A stretch of 64,000 nt of DNA. Origin: Tricharina praecox. Its lineage: Eukaryota. The stretch lies in NCBI RefSeq assembly GCF_024521635.1, contig NW_026250410.1:744001-808000 (forward strand), in the 5' to 3' direction. The translations under genes and the position numbers were made by a program. Below are positions 40,310-52,580 of the stretch, piece by piece; the first letter of the stretch is position 1, and each line of letters starts with the position of its first letter. The notes beneath the pieces were generated by a model. It had not been told where the DNA came from. It did no database searches and was given only the letters and a program-made list of their open reading frames with translations.

Positions 40310-41131
40310 ATGGCTTTCCTTCGCCTTGTCGCCGCCTCTGCCAGGCCTGCTCTCCGCACTTCGGCTACCCGCTCTGCCGCGATTGCGCCTCGAGTTCTCG
40401 CGACCAGGATCGCTGTCCGCAACTACTCCGATTCGCACGAGGAGAGTTTCGAGGAGTTCACTGCTAGGTAAGGGACCGGCTTTACGGTGATTCTATATTA
40501 CGGAATCGGCTTTCTTCTTGGTGGGCTTGGTTGGTGGTGCGGGGGAGATCGGGAGAGAGGTTGAAGCGCAGGAAAGAAAGGACGAATTGTGGGGTGATCA
40601 TTACCCATCTATCCAGCCAAGTCTTGGTCTCCCAGACGACCAACAGCCTGCATCATCACTGCCGTCCGGCCCCACCACCACCATCACCACCACCACTGCG
40701 CTTTTTGTTTGTCTAGGGGAAAGAAGAAAGCGGCCTGCTAACCAAACCCGCTTAGATACGAGAAGGAATTCGACTCTGTCCAGGATGTCTTCGAGCTCCA
40801 GCGCAACCTGAACAACGCTTTCGCCTACGATCTCGTTCCCTCCACCTCCGTCATCACCGCCGCCTTGAAGGCTGCGCGCCGCGTCAATGACTTCCCCACC
40901 GCTGTGAGAATCTTCGAGGGTACGAATCTACGTTTCTAGTTCTATCCTCTCCCACATACCCTCTCTCTCCACACAGCGCGCGCGACCGACGATATGATGC
41001 CGATGATGAGAGGGTAGTGGTGTGACTGCACCCTCTGCCGGTGGCAGGGCGGATGAAGCGTGTCGGGCGTCTGTTTGGTGTGCTCGCCGTGCTCGCCATC
41101 ATTTTCCCATGACGCAACGAGAGAGAGAGAG

Positions 41132-41167
<36 letters not shown>

Positions 41168-41333
41168 CGAGTGAGATTGGGGAAATAGCTAACTCTCTCT
41201 CCCCACCGCAGGTGTCAAGGCCAAGGTCGAGAACAAGCAGCAGTACGAGCAATACCTTGAGGAGCTCGCCCCCCTGCGACAGGAGCTTGGTCTCGAACTT
41301 GTCGAGGACCTGTACCCCCAGGGCAGCAAATAA
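40310..41333 (+). CDS. COX6: Cytochrome c oxidase subunit VI (COX5A family); introns 40468-40755 and 40920-41211
   Basis: Arg/Ala-rich mitochondrial presequence, then EESFEEFTAR|YEKEFD..QDVFELQRNLNNAFAYDLVPS...AARRVNDFPTAVRIFE|GVKAKVEN. Confidence 0.95.
41119..41164. repeat. Compound (GA)n(GT)n microsatellite in COX6 intron 2
   Basis: Read directly. Confidence 0.95.
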
Positions 41334-41851
41334 ACAGTCCACACCCTTCCAACAATAAAACCACACACACCTGCACAAAACCTCCGTATCGTCTTTTTTT
41401 TTGTATCTATGTGGGATTAGATGAGGAGAGGGGAGGAGGGGTTAGGAGGGGGGCACGGGAATGGGGACATTGGATTACACCTGACGTTTTCTTCTACATT
41501 TCCCCCGTGCCTTGTAGTAATAGGAGATTACATCCACCATTTCCTTCCTATACCGTTGTGTAGCCCAGCACACCTACCTCAGGCCAAGATCGAGCTCATA
41601 CGTGGACGATTTCGGGTACGCGCATACGCCCTGACACCGATCGCTGCCACAGAAAGTACTTTACATGAGACCAAAACAAGTGTATGACGAAGTAAGGTAA
41701 AAGCAGATATCCGATTGTCAGTTGGTTAAACGAAAATAGCATCAGAGCACAAAACGCAGACGCCCAAAACAATCAAAACGCAACCAAATATCTCAAATAA
41801 AAAGCTGCCGACAAAAGGAATAACAAACCCCAGATAAAATTACAGGAAGAA

Positions 41852-44800
41852 CTAATTCCCGTTCATGAGAGGATTATGGGGCGCATTCCTAGCCAACGGT
41901 GTACCGGCCCTGTTGCTTCTATCGTCTTCGGTGGGGCCGGGAGTGGTGGAGAGCGCCTTGCTCCCGACTGCATCCATTACTATCTCCCCAGCATTACCGC
42001 AGCCCTCCAGACCACCGAGTTTTGTACGGAAGGTTTCCGCGTCTCTCGCCATCCTTCCAGTGTGTTAGCGGAGTTGTAGGTGATGGGGAAACGAGATGGC
42101 ATACCTCTTCTTCCCGTCCTCGGTTCTCACGACCGCGCCAGAAACTCCATCGACAAGCTTATCCGCATAGTCCTGAAAGACGGGACCCATAATGCCGCGC
42201 ACTTCGGGGAGGGGGAGGTGTTTATTGAGGACTTTGTAGAGCACGCCCGTCTCTCTGCACAGGATATCCATATAGTACCTCCCGTCTTCGCCGACCCAGA
42301 CCTCGTCCCAGTTCATCTTCTTCATGGTGGCGACGTGCGTGCGCGCCCGGTCCGACATTATGCTGATGAGCTTGCCGTGGATCTCATCCTGGTACTCTTG
42401 GGTCGTCCTCTTGAGCTTATCAAAGTCTGCGACCAGGTTTGGGGATGAGGAGTGCCGCCGGAGCGCCTCGCGAATGTACGGAATTATCGTGGTGATTATC
42501 GAAAGGGCCTGAGAGGCCATCGCCAGGTGCTTGGTGGTTATGGATTTCAGGCCGGCCGATCGGGTGGCGCCCGCGCCGAGAATTAGTTGGAATGTACGTG
42601 AGTTGAAGAGCTGCAGATGGACGTGTGAGAAGGATATGGATGCAGTGAGAAAGGATAGAGAAGGGAGCTCACCTGAAGGAATTGAAGAATGTTGGAGCCC
42701 AGCTCTTGTGTTACGCCTGGCATGTTTACGACTAATCGCAGGTACGATTCGATCTCAGTGAGTACCAGTAATCCTGACTCTGGTAGTATGAATTTCTGGT
42801 CATCGACGATGGCGTGTGTAAGTTTCTTGGGCGGTTCTGTTGCTGCTGGAGCAACAACCCCATTTGCGGGATTATCGTCGGTCTCGGATGGCGGTGGAGG
42901 TAGCTTTATGGTTTCGCCTTGTTCCCTCGCCCGAATCTCCCAGAGTCGGCCGATGCCAACCCATTCCTCGGGGTCAGTGGTTGCTGCTTTTAGAATCCTG
43001 TCCAGGCTCTTCTGCCGCTCCGGTTCAAATTCTTTGGCAGCCCACTTATCTTTCTCCAGACAGTCGGCGAGGTTTCGTATCCGGTCGTCCTGGTAGGCAG
43101 ACAGGAAATCGCGGATCTGGTTGCTCACCGCGTTCTGCAATCCCGGACCAACTCTAACAGATACAGCTTCGCATTCCTGAGCAAAGAGCCGAGTCAAGGT
43201 GAAGTAGCGTATGAACATGTCTGGTGGGTAGTGGGCGACCTGCTCTGTGCGGACTTTGACCAGCTTGACGATGTGGGATTGCGATATCTCCACAGCACTG
43301 GAGATCAGATCGGATATGTCCATCGATATCGTCGGGTCGCTTTCGCTGCGGCTTCGATGCATTTCGCTAGAAAAGCCGTTCTGGAAGCCGTTCTGCTCAA
43401 GCCGTGGAGACAGCATCCCGCCCACTCCGGTCTCGCCCATTTGCATGGTCACGTCGAGGAGCATCTTCTGTTGCGACCCCAATCGCCGGATGAGCTCCGA
43501 TACTCCGGTGTATATCTTGACCAGGAGATCCTCAGCATCCGCCGGCCCGAGAAGCCTGAGTGCTCGTGTGAGTGCTTGACTCTTGTCGGCGGATGACTGT
43601 CGTATTCCCCCGGAACGAGACCTTCGGGACAAGTGCGAAATATTTGAAGCGACACTGTCGGCATCGCCTTCACTGGGCAGATTTCGCCGAATGAGATTCT
43701 TAGCCTCCTTAATCACTGCGTCCCGGTAAGCCTGAACTGCATCATTGATATGGTTCGCTCTCTGAAGCCCGTCGAGGTGCTGCTTGAGTAGATTACGTAG
43801 GCTGTCAGAAAGGATTGCAAATTCGGGCGGCAGACTGCTTGAGCGGGGTGGCGGGAAGAAGTTGTTCTTTTGCTGTGAGTTGAGAAAACGTTGGTATTGC
43901 TCTCGCTGGAAGCTCTGTGCAAATCGGCGGAGGGTTTCGGACGATGGCACTCTTTCGACGTGGAAGCGAAGGTCGTCGAGAAGGCATTGAACGAACCGGG
44001 CTTCATACGCTTTGCCGATTCTGTACCGGAGGTGGTTCAGGTCCGCCATGACGGCCTCCAGAGATCTGACGCCGCGGAGGTCGATGAGGCCCTCCCCCTC
44101 ACCAGCGAGTAATCGCTCCGTCTCGACGATGACGTCTAACGCGGTTTCAATTTCATGGTGCTCGAGTGACTTCTCCACCTGCTGGACACCCAGCGTCACT
44201 TGTTCTATCTGTTTTACCGCGCGCTCAAGCTTTGCGACATTGTCCCGCCGACGGCGCAGCCGCACGATTTCAAGGCCCTTCACGGCCTGCTCCTCGTCCA
44301 GTCGTACCAGCTCCTTCCGAAGGGCTTGAATCTTATGCACACTTGCCGCAGCTTCGGAATGAAGCTCTCGTAGATCACCCAGCGCTGCAAAAAATGACGA
44401 GCTAGCTGTTGATATTGATGATATCAAATGCACCTCCACAGTGTCCATATACCACGATAGTTTCTCCTGTAGTATTGCGTTCGTGGCCAGAGCCTTCCTC
44501 TGTGACTGTGCCGCCAATGCCCCCACGCCGTTCTCCCCCTGGCCTGCTGGTACTGTAGACTTGATCACCTCCGAGCGCTCACTAACTACATCAAACGTCC
44601 GGGGATTCTCGAGACGGAAGTTTTCGTCGAAGTAAACTCGAGGGACAGTTTGTAGTGGCGCTACGGCAAGGCTGGGTCTCCGGCGTCTCGCCGATTTGAT
44701 CGACGAGGTGTCATCCATGATGACCGTTTGCTCGGCTATGCTTGGCGCCGGGGACAACGCGCCCTCGGTGGTCTTCGACAGTCGGAGATGCTCTTCCAGC

Positions 44801-45348
44801 CCTCGGTCCTTCGCTCGCTGGTATCGCTCGTATTCAGGGGCTAGTGATAGGTAGGATGCGAAGGCGCTCGGTTTGATCTTCGGGATCTGGGTGAGCGTCA
44901 CGGGGGGAATATCCCCAGGTCGCGGCCGGGAAGCTCCAGTCGCTCGCGCACCGTGGGACTCGACGAGGGCTGAGATAGCTATAGTTAAACGTATCTCATA
45001 TCAGCCAGTTATCCGAGTTGCCCAAGAACGACAGGTCCGTCCGAGCTGGAGCTTCTCCGGCATCATGAATGACCCACCAGTAGAATTGGGGCCCCCCCCC
45101 AACGGCCCTGCCCCTCCACCTCCACCATTCCCAAAATCTTTCGATGCTCGCCAATCCAAAGCTGTGCCCACCGAGGATGTCAAGGACACCACCGAGCTCG
45201 CGATAGAAGCCCGTCGTCCAGCGCCGGGACGACCGCTTGGCGATCTCGTCGGTTGGTAGGGAGCGGTTAAGTCCGTAACGGAAGCTGTAGGAGAGAGAAT
45301 CGGCGAGAGACAGGTAGAGTCGAATGATGGGCGGGAGGGGAACGCCAT
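41852..45348 (-). CDS. VPS54: GARP complex subunit Vps54; introns ~44979-45032, ~42612-42671 and ~42054-42103
   Basis: Motifs DIPPVTLT, LQTVPRVYFDENFRLENPRTFDVVSE, LQEKLSWYMDTVEVHL..SISTASSSFFAAL and LFNSRTFQLILGAGATRSAGLKSITTKHLAMASQAL. Confidence 0.92.
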
Positions 45349-45608
45349 GAGCACCGATTTGGTAAACCGATTTCGGAGGAGCTGCGGGGTTCAGAGTTGA
45401 TATTTCGGTGCTTGAATTTGAGACGGATTCCTTAAGTGGTTCGCGGGAAGTAGGCAACCGGCAGAGCTGATATGTACGGGTTCTCGTGGGGGCAGCAGGG
45501 AAAGGTGGTTTGTGCTACACGACTTGTTTGGAACTGCGGCTGAACGACACATGAACTGGAATAGCATGGAAGCGTGACAAGAGTGCCACCCTGAAGGCTC
45601 GGCGGCTG

Positions 45609-45654
45609 TCCCATTTGGGAACGCGTAAATGGAGTTCTCGCGAAGCAACCGCGT
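45609..45654. promoter_or_regulatory. Putative Mcm1/ECB-like site (TCCCATTTGGGA) adjacent to an MCB element (ACGCGT, 45621-45626) in the VPS54/MCM5 divergent promoter
   Basis: Motifs read directly. In budding yeast MCM genes are ECB-regulated and DNA-replication genes are MCB-regulated; function here is inferred. Confidence 0.4.
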
Positions 45655-45785
45655 TCTCCTGTTCTCTCGGACCTCTTCTTCTACGCAAAAAAACATTCCT
45701 TCTCGCCACAGAAAATCCACACCTAATTCACCCGCAACACTACCCCGCTCTCCCACGACTCATCTAATATCGCATCTCTGCTGCA

Positions 45786-48132
45786 ATGGATCGTTCCCAG
45801 ATATATACCGTCGACTCGGGCCTACCAAAAGATGACAACCAAGCCGACGACCAGCCTGGAGAGATTCTGAAGGCTTTCCGTTCGTTCGTTCTGGAATTCC
45901 GATTGGACAACAATTTCATATACCGGTATGTCCTTGCTTGATACGGATGCTTCTTTGGATTCATCTCTTACTGACAATGGCCCCCGCCACAGAGACGCAC
46001 TGCGGACGAACATCCTCATCAAACAGTACAGACTCGACGTCGACATTGCACATCTGATTTCCTTCAACGAAGAGCTAGCACACAAACTTTCCAATGAGCC
46101 AACGGATATCCTGCCTATCGTAATCTACCCTCCTTCCCCGCGGAATCGGATTATTCTTCGCTGCTCACACTTCTGGATGGCAATAGTTCGAGACTGCGGT
46201 ACGAGATTGCGGACGACGCATGTTCTTGACTGGAGGCAACTCGAGTGCAGTCTTCCCCGACTGTCAAGTGATACTCCACTCCAACACGAATCTCATTTCT
46301 ATTCGAGATCTGGATGCATCGCACATCTCGAAGCTAGTGCGGATTCCGGGAATCGTTATCGGCGCTTCCACCATGTCGTCGAAGGCGATCGAGCTTCAGA
46401 TCATGTGCAGGAACTGTCAGACTACGAAAAGGATACCGGTTCAGGGCGGATTCACGGGTGTATCTTTGCCCCGTACTTGTGACAGACCTACTATGCCCGG
46501 TGAGGATGCCGACAGATGCCCGATGGATCCGTACTTTGTAGTCCATGAGAAATCGATTTTTATCGACCAGCAGGTTCTCAAACTCCAGGAGGCTCCCGAT
46601 ATGGTACCTGTCGGTGAGCTGCCGCGGCATATTTTGGTCAGCGCCGACCGGCACCTCACCAACAAAGTCGTCCCGGGATCGCGCTGTACGGTGATAGGTA
46701 TTTTTTCGATCTACCAGTCTAAAGGCAGCAAGGGAGCCGCTGCCGCAGTCGCCATCAGAAATCCGTACATCCGTCTCGTCGGTATCCAAGCAGATGTCGA
46801 TCACACGGCGAAGGGTTCAGCAATCTTCTCGGAAGAAGAGGAACAAGAATTCCTTGAACTTTCCCGGAAACCGAATCTCTATGAGATGATCGTGGATTCA
46901 CTCGCACCATCTATCTATGGCAACGTTGATATTAAAAAAGCAATCGCATGTTTGCTCTTTGGTGGTTCGAAGAAGATTCTTCCGGATGGCATGCGGTTGC
47001 GTGGTGATATCAATGTTCTACTCCTCGGAGATCCCGGTACCGCCAAATCTCAACTCCTGAAGTTCGTGGAGAAGATCGCACCGATCGCCATCTACACATC
47101 CGGAAAGGGTTCGTCAGCCGCCGGTTTGACGGCATCGGTGCAGCGCGACAATCAGTCCCGAGAATTCTACCTGGAGGGAGGAGCGATGGTGCTCGCGGAC
47201 GGTGGAGTGGTGTGTATCGACGAGTTTGACAAAATGCGAGACGAGGACCGAGTTGCTATCCACGAAGCAATGGAGCAGCAAACAATCTCCATCGCCAAAG
47301 CCGGTATCACCACCATCCTCAACGCCCGTTCATCCGTCCTAGCCGCGGCCAATCCCATCTTTGGAAGATACGATGACATGAAGAGTCCTGGAGAGAACAT
47401 CGATTTTCAGACCACAATTCTTTCCAGATTCGATATGATCTTCATCGTGAAGGATGAGCATAACCCTGGCCGAGACGAGACTATCGCCAGGCACGTCATG
47501 AATCTGCACATGAACCGAATGACCGAGAAAGATGAGGTCGTCGGGGAGATCCCAATGGATAAGCTGAAGCGATACATCACCTACTGCAAGACGTACGTTC
47601 TTCCCCATTCCTGCGTCCCTTCCATGACTGACCTCCTTCCAGCCGTTGTGCCCCCAAACTCTCCACCGAAGCCTCCGAAAAGCTCTCCTCACACTTCGTC
47701 CAAATCCGCAAGCGCGTGCACGAGCTCGAGTCCTCGGCCAACGAGCGTTCCAGCATCCCAATCACCGTGCGCCAACTCGAAGCGATCATCCGAATCACCG
47801 AGTCCCTAGCAAAACTGTCCCTCTCTCCCATCGCGACAGAAGAGCACGTCGACGAGGCGATCCGGCTGTTCCTCGCGTCCACCATGGACGCCGTGGGCCA
47901 AGGTCAGGGAATGAGTAAGGAGCTCAACGACGAAGTCGGCAAGATCGAGGCGGAGCTGAGACGGCGACTGCCGATCGGATGGAGCACCAGTTACGCTACA
48001 CTGAAGCGCGAGTTGTGCAGTAACCGTGGGTACAGTGATGCGGCGCTCAACAGGGCGCTCATGATGCTCAATAAGAGGGACACGATTCAGATGAGGAATG
48101 GTGGTGCGAATGTCTACCGTAGTGGTGTGTAA
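45786..48132 (+). CDS. MCM5: DNA replication licensing factor Mcm5; introns 45926-45992, 46120-46186 and 47593-47642
   Basis: Motifs [57 protein letters not shown], arginine finger SRFD and [14 protein letters not shown]. Confidence 0.96.
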
Positions 48133-48371
48133 GGGATGCGCGGGATGGAATAAATTCCCGTTAACGCGTTACGGATACTTGTGTATGGCGTTTTTTTTGA
48201 CTGCAATTTTGGGGAGGAGGAATATACCCATGGTTTTAGGATGGACGGATTTAGATGGGTGTATCAAAAGATGGCACGCTGAAACGTTTCAAATACCCAT
48301 TCACTTCCGAGATTGCGAGGTGACTTGTACCGAGTTTGAAGACCCCGGAACCACATTCGTTCTAGCAAAGC

Positions 48372-48505
48372 AACGCCAGTGTATGGTCAAGAAAACGCAG
48401 ATTCAGCAGAAGAAACACCAGTGTATCGTTATCAAGAAAACACAGATTCAGTAGAAGAAACACCGGTGTATCATTATTAAAAAAACACAGATTCAGCAGA
48501 AGAAA
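48372..48505. repeat. Minisatellite, ~3 imperfect copies of a 45-bp unit (AGAAGAAACACCAGTGTATCGTTATCAAGAAAACACAGATTCAGY)
   Basis: Read directly; lies between the convergent MCM5 and Mpv17 stop codons. Confidence 0.85.
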
Positions 48506-48612
48506 AAAGAGCCAATGTCGACCTTCGCTATGAAATCCCAGCCCAAGCAAGCAAGCAGAACAGAATCAAAAAGACATGTGTATCATGTATCGTGTATGGT
48601 GACCCACTCTAT

Positions 48613-49350
48613 CTAAGGCTCGGCGCTCGAGTTCGTCAAGCTCAGGTACGTACCCCAAGCAATGCCCACCGTACTGGCGAACGGCAACTGGTATTGCAGC
48701 GGCATAACCCTAAAGTTAAGCAGCTGCACCGCGGGCCAGAGCATGTAGTTCGCCTTTATCGTAGGCACAAATACATTTCCGAGCCTCTTCTTGACCGCCT
48801 GCGTATCACCGCCCTCGGCATACGTCATGTAACTAAAGAAGCCGACAAGTCCCAGCGGGGCAAAGAAGATCTGATCGCACGCCATGCGCTTGAGAGCTGG
48901 CAAAGTCGCAGACGTGGCGGTGATAGGGAAGGTCTTCTGTAGTAGACGGAGCCAGCGGAACTGGAACGGCGCGATGATGAAGCCCCAGCTGGCGAAGCGG
49001 ACCAGGCGGCCGAAATCGAACGGGGGCGGCAGCATGTGCGTGCTGCTGTGGGTCGGCACGAGCTCGTCTCCGTAGTGCGGGAGCTTCTGGTCGAGCTTGA
49101 CGTCGAGCTCGATGTCGCCGCGGGTCGGGTCGAAGGCTGCGTTGCGACGGATGGCAGTCACAGACTGCGCGACGGTGTCGGCGATGCCGTTGAGAACCTG
49201 TGTTGTGAGGTCAGTACGGAAGTTGGTGGGGTGATTCGTGGGAGCGGTGGGGGAGAAGCGACGAACCGAGTTAGTAATCATCATGGTCACCACCGGGCGC
49301 TTGTCGAAATACTGCTCATAGCGGCGGACTAGCTGTGCGACAATGGCCAT
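48613..49350 (-). CDS. Mpv17/PMP22 family membrane protein; in-frame 69-nt intron at ~49198-49266
   Basis: Motifs RPVVTMMITNS|VLNGIADTVAQ, PPPFDFGRLVRF, DQIFFAP and NYMLWPAVQLLNFRVMP.QYQLPF...WGTYLSL. Confidence 0.9.
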   Translation of the reverse strand: MAIVAQLVRRYEQYFDKRPVVTMMITNSVRRFSPTAPTNHPTNFRTDLTTQVLNGIADTVAQSVTAIRRNAAFDPTRGDIELDVKLDQKLPHYGDELVPTHSSTHMLPPPFDFGRLVRFASWGFIIAPFQFRWLRLLQKTFPITATSATLPALKRMACDQIFFAPLGLVGFFSYMTYAEGGDTQAVKKRLGNVFVPTIKANYMLWPAVQLLNFRVMPLQYQLPFASTVGIAWGTYLSLTNSSAEP

Positions 49351-50544
49351 CTCGAGAAAGAAGACGACCGTGTGAACGAGGGGCTGTTTTGATTTCCGTG
49401 TGAGTTGAGTTCAAATCGGGGGGGGGGGGGGGGGTTTGAGAGGGAATGTGCAGTGGAAACGCACGATGTAGCCGTAAATGTAGATGCTGTTTGCAGTGTG
49501 AAGGTGACTTTTTACTCTTCGTCGACACCTCTGACGGAAGAGAGTGAAGGTTGAAGGTGGAGTGAACGAGTCTGTGGTAGTTGCGGTGATGGTAACTGTG
49601 TTTGTGGGAGCATTCGAGGTGGTGAAGTTGGTGACGTCCATCTTGGGCGAGCGGCGTTGGGATTCGGCCAACAGCTTTTAAATTTCCAGCGACGAGGCGG
49701 AGGGTTTGCTGTTTGTAGATCTCGATAGGATCTTGGCGAGGGCCAATTTGTTGTTATGTTTTGCACGAATCCTCCAACTTGGTCCGGAGCCCTTTGTTAA
49801 GTGGTGATGTCGATGATGAAATGGCGATAACTAGATGACGAGGGGCCGGCTAGCTATAAAGAGGAGAAGCAAGCTGAGCAAGTTGGCGCCGGATGGCTTG
49901 CAACCGCACATGTGCGACATGGATATGTAACATGTGGGGCAGGAAGCCGGGATGAAATTCCACGGTACACTACATGTGGTTAGAGACCAGAAAAATGTAT
50001 GGCTGTGGCGATGCTGAGGACTTTCATAGCTCTTGGAGCAGTTGCGGGTTTGGTTGGTCTTGTCACTTTCTCAGATGATGATTAGCGTCATGATATATCA
50101 CTTGAACAAATTGATTCCCGCCGTGAAGTTTTATACCATTGACAACACCTTTCCAACACCGGGTGGAACTTGACGTGTGTACAGCCATGATCTGATACAT
50201 TCGAATGCTATGATTAACAAACCAAAAAAACCTTTTCAACACCCAAACGGCAATGACCCTTCTAAGGTCAAATGTCATGATGATTCAACAGAACACCCCC
50301 ATTTTCAACACCACCATTTCCATTTCCAAAACTCATTTTTCAACACCATTTTCAACACAGAAAGGGGTTTCCCACCGCCCTTCTCTTCCCACTTCTCTGC
50401 GTCTCAAAACCTTTCCAAAATCCAAAAAGACAACCGCAATAATATCGTTGTGCTAGCGATCCAATTGTATGTGCATTTCCACCTCCCATTCTACGTCAAC
50501 ACTAGGTACATGTGCCATATCCACTGCACTCCAGAGTAACCCTA

Positions 50545-52580
50545 TCACTCGTGCCGCTTTTGTCGCAATACCTCTGCAACCTTTTCCTTTCGGCTGTTTA
50601 GGCCGTGAGTTCCGGCTGCCAGTGCTCGACCGAAACTCGGATATAAGTCACACCCGGCTTCGGTTCGATAGTTCTCGTGGGCGTTACGCACATCGTCGCT
50701 GTAGTAGCCCTCGAGCAATGGCATGCACTTCTGCAGCTGGGCTTGGCAGTCCAGATCCACTGCTGACAGCGACCCTCCGAAAGATTTGGAAGATTTGGTC
50801 TCCAGCTTTGGTTCGGGAACGCGCAGGACTGAGGCTTTCACTGCTCTCTCGCCGCTGGTTTTCTTCTGAGTGGGTGCCATCATGGAAATTAGACGGAGCT
50901 GGGGGTCTTCGGATCGTGCCTTGGCTTCGGCTTGGGTCTTCTCGGCATCGCTGGCGGCTTGGAGCTGCCAGCGGTAGTGCTCGTCCTTCGGATTCTGGAA
51001 GCGTATAGAAGTCCAGCGTGACTGTTTCTCGATGCGGGCGTCGCACTCGGCCTGCATCTTCTTTTGCTGTGCTTTACCTTCCTCCTGTATCTTCTCGACG
51101 CGGGCATCGCACTCGACCTGCATTTTGCCGAGCTGTGCTCTAGTTTCCTCCTGCAGCTTCTTGAGGCGGGCCTCATTATCTTTGCGCATCTTGTCGACTT
51201 CCTGTTGCTTCTTCTTCAGGGCCGTCTCGATTCCAGCGACCTCAGCCGCCTTCTTCTCCAGGAGCTCGCGCATCACCTCCCTATCCCAAGCCATGCGCTG
51301 CATCTCGTTGAACAGCATCCCGGTGCTACTATAATCATTGGGATTGTGGTCATAATAGTCGGCATACTCGTCCACCGCAGCATTGCGGCTGCCCCGGAAT
51401 GTGTCGACGAGCCATTGTATGTCATCCTCCAACCCATCCCGCTGCTTTTTCAGCTCCTCCGCACGCCCCTGTACCTTCTTGATAACCATATACACCCCCT
51501 GAAGCTGCTTCTGCAGTTCCTCCACCTGCATGTGGGATAAGGCCACGTCGAGTGATGGTTGGTGAGCGGCTGTCGGGGCCGCACCGAAGACGGCTGCGTT
51601 CGCCTCCTTCTGCTGTTGGGCAGTCCAGCAGCTATAGTAGTTCATGGGCATAATGTTGGGCGGGTAACCCGATGGCGACTGCTGGTCGAACTGGTAGTAG
51701 TCCTGCATATACTGGTTGTACGCAGCAACGGTGGGATCCACGAACATTGTGGGCTGGTACCCTGGCGCTCGCTGGCACATAGGCTGGGGGCTCTTCCAGC
51801 CGTCTGTCTGCGTGCGATTCGCCCTATGCGGCTCAGCCGCAGTACTGATCCTCGCCGCCTTCGCCGTAACACTATCGCCGCCCTTACCACTATGAGCGCG
51901 CTCCTCCAGATCCAAGATATGTAACCCACCTCCTTATCCAGCCTGTCCATATCATTGCGCACCATCTTGTTAACCGTTGTGTAGAGCAACCAGACCGCGG
52001 CCTCGTCCGGGTCGATATTCCTGCCGTGCCTCGGGTAGTCCACCAGCGCAGGGTCGTCGGGGTACTGTATGGCGACGCTGACGAGCACAGAACATTCCTT
52101 CGGCAGCTCGGCGACGCCCAGCTGCGCCAGCCGCCCGAGCCCGCTCGTCCCCGCGCCGAAGTACCTCGTCGAGCCGATGACGCTCGCGCACCACTGCTCC
52201 GGCGTTTGGCCGAAGGAGGTGCGGATCTGGACGCTCGGCACGGAGGGGAAGAGAAAGCGGCAGCAGTCTATGGCACATATCGTCAGCATCAGCAGCGGCA
52301 TCAGCAGCGGCAGCGGCGGCAGAAATCGTGCGCGAGTGAGCGTGTGTGCGTGAGGTCTCGATGCGTTCACGGGAGGATCGGGTTACTCACCCGCTATCTC
52401 CTTGCAGTAGAACTCCAGCTGCGCTAGCACCGCCGAGTTCTTGGGTTTTCTCGCGGCGATGAGGAGCTGCAGCGCTGCGCTTGTGGTCGTGCCCTGCGGG
52501 TGAGTGCCCCGGGTTGGGCACGATGCCCAGCCACAGTCACTATCACCATCGCCGCCGCCACAAGGGTACATGGGACCCAT
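50545..52580 (-). pseudogene. Orphan coiled-coil protein gene (intron 52268-52390) with an apparent frameshift at ~51917-51920; pseudogene or sequencing error
   Basis: A canonical GTGAGT...CTGAC...CATAG intron links exon 1 to ORF 51642..52370. Coding sense then continues in ORF 50545..51915 in another frame; removing one AT gives DKEVGYILDLEERAH. No family recognised. Confidence 0.5.
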
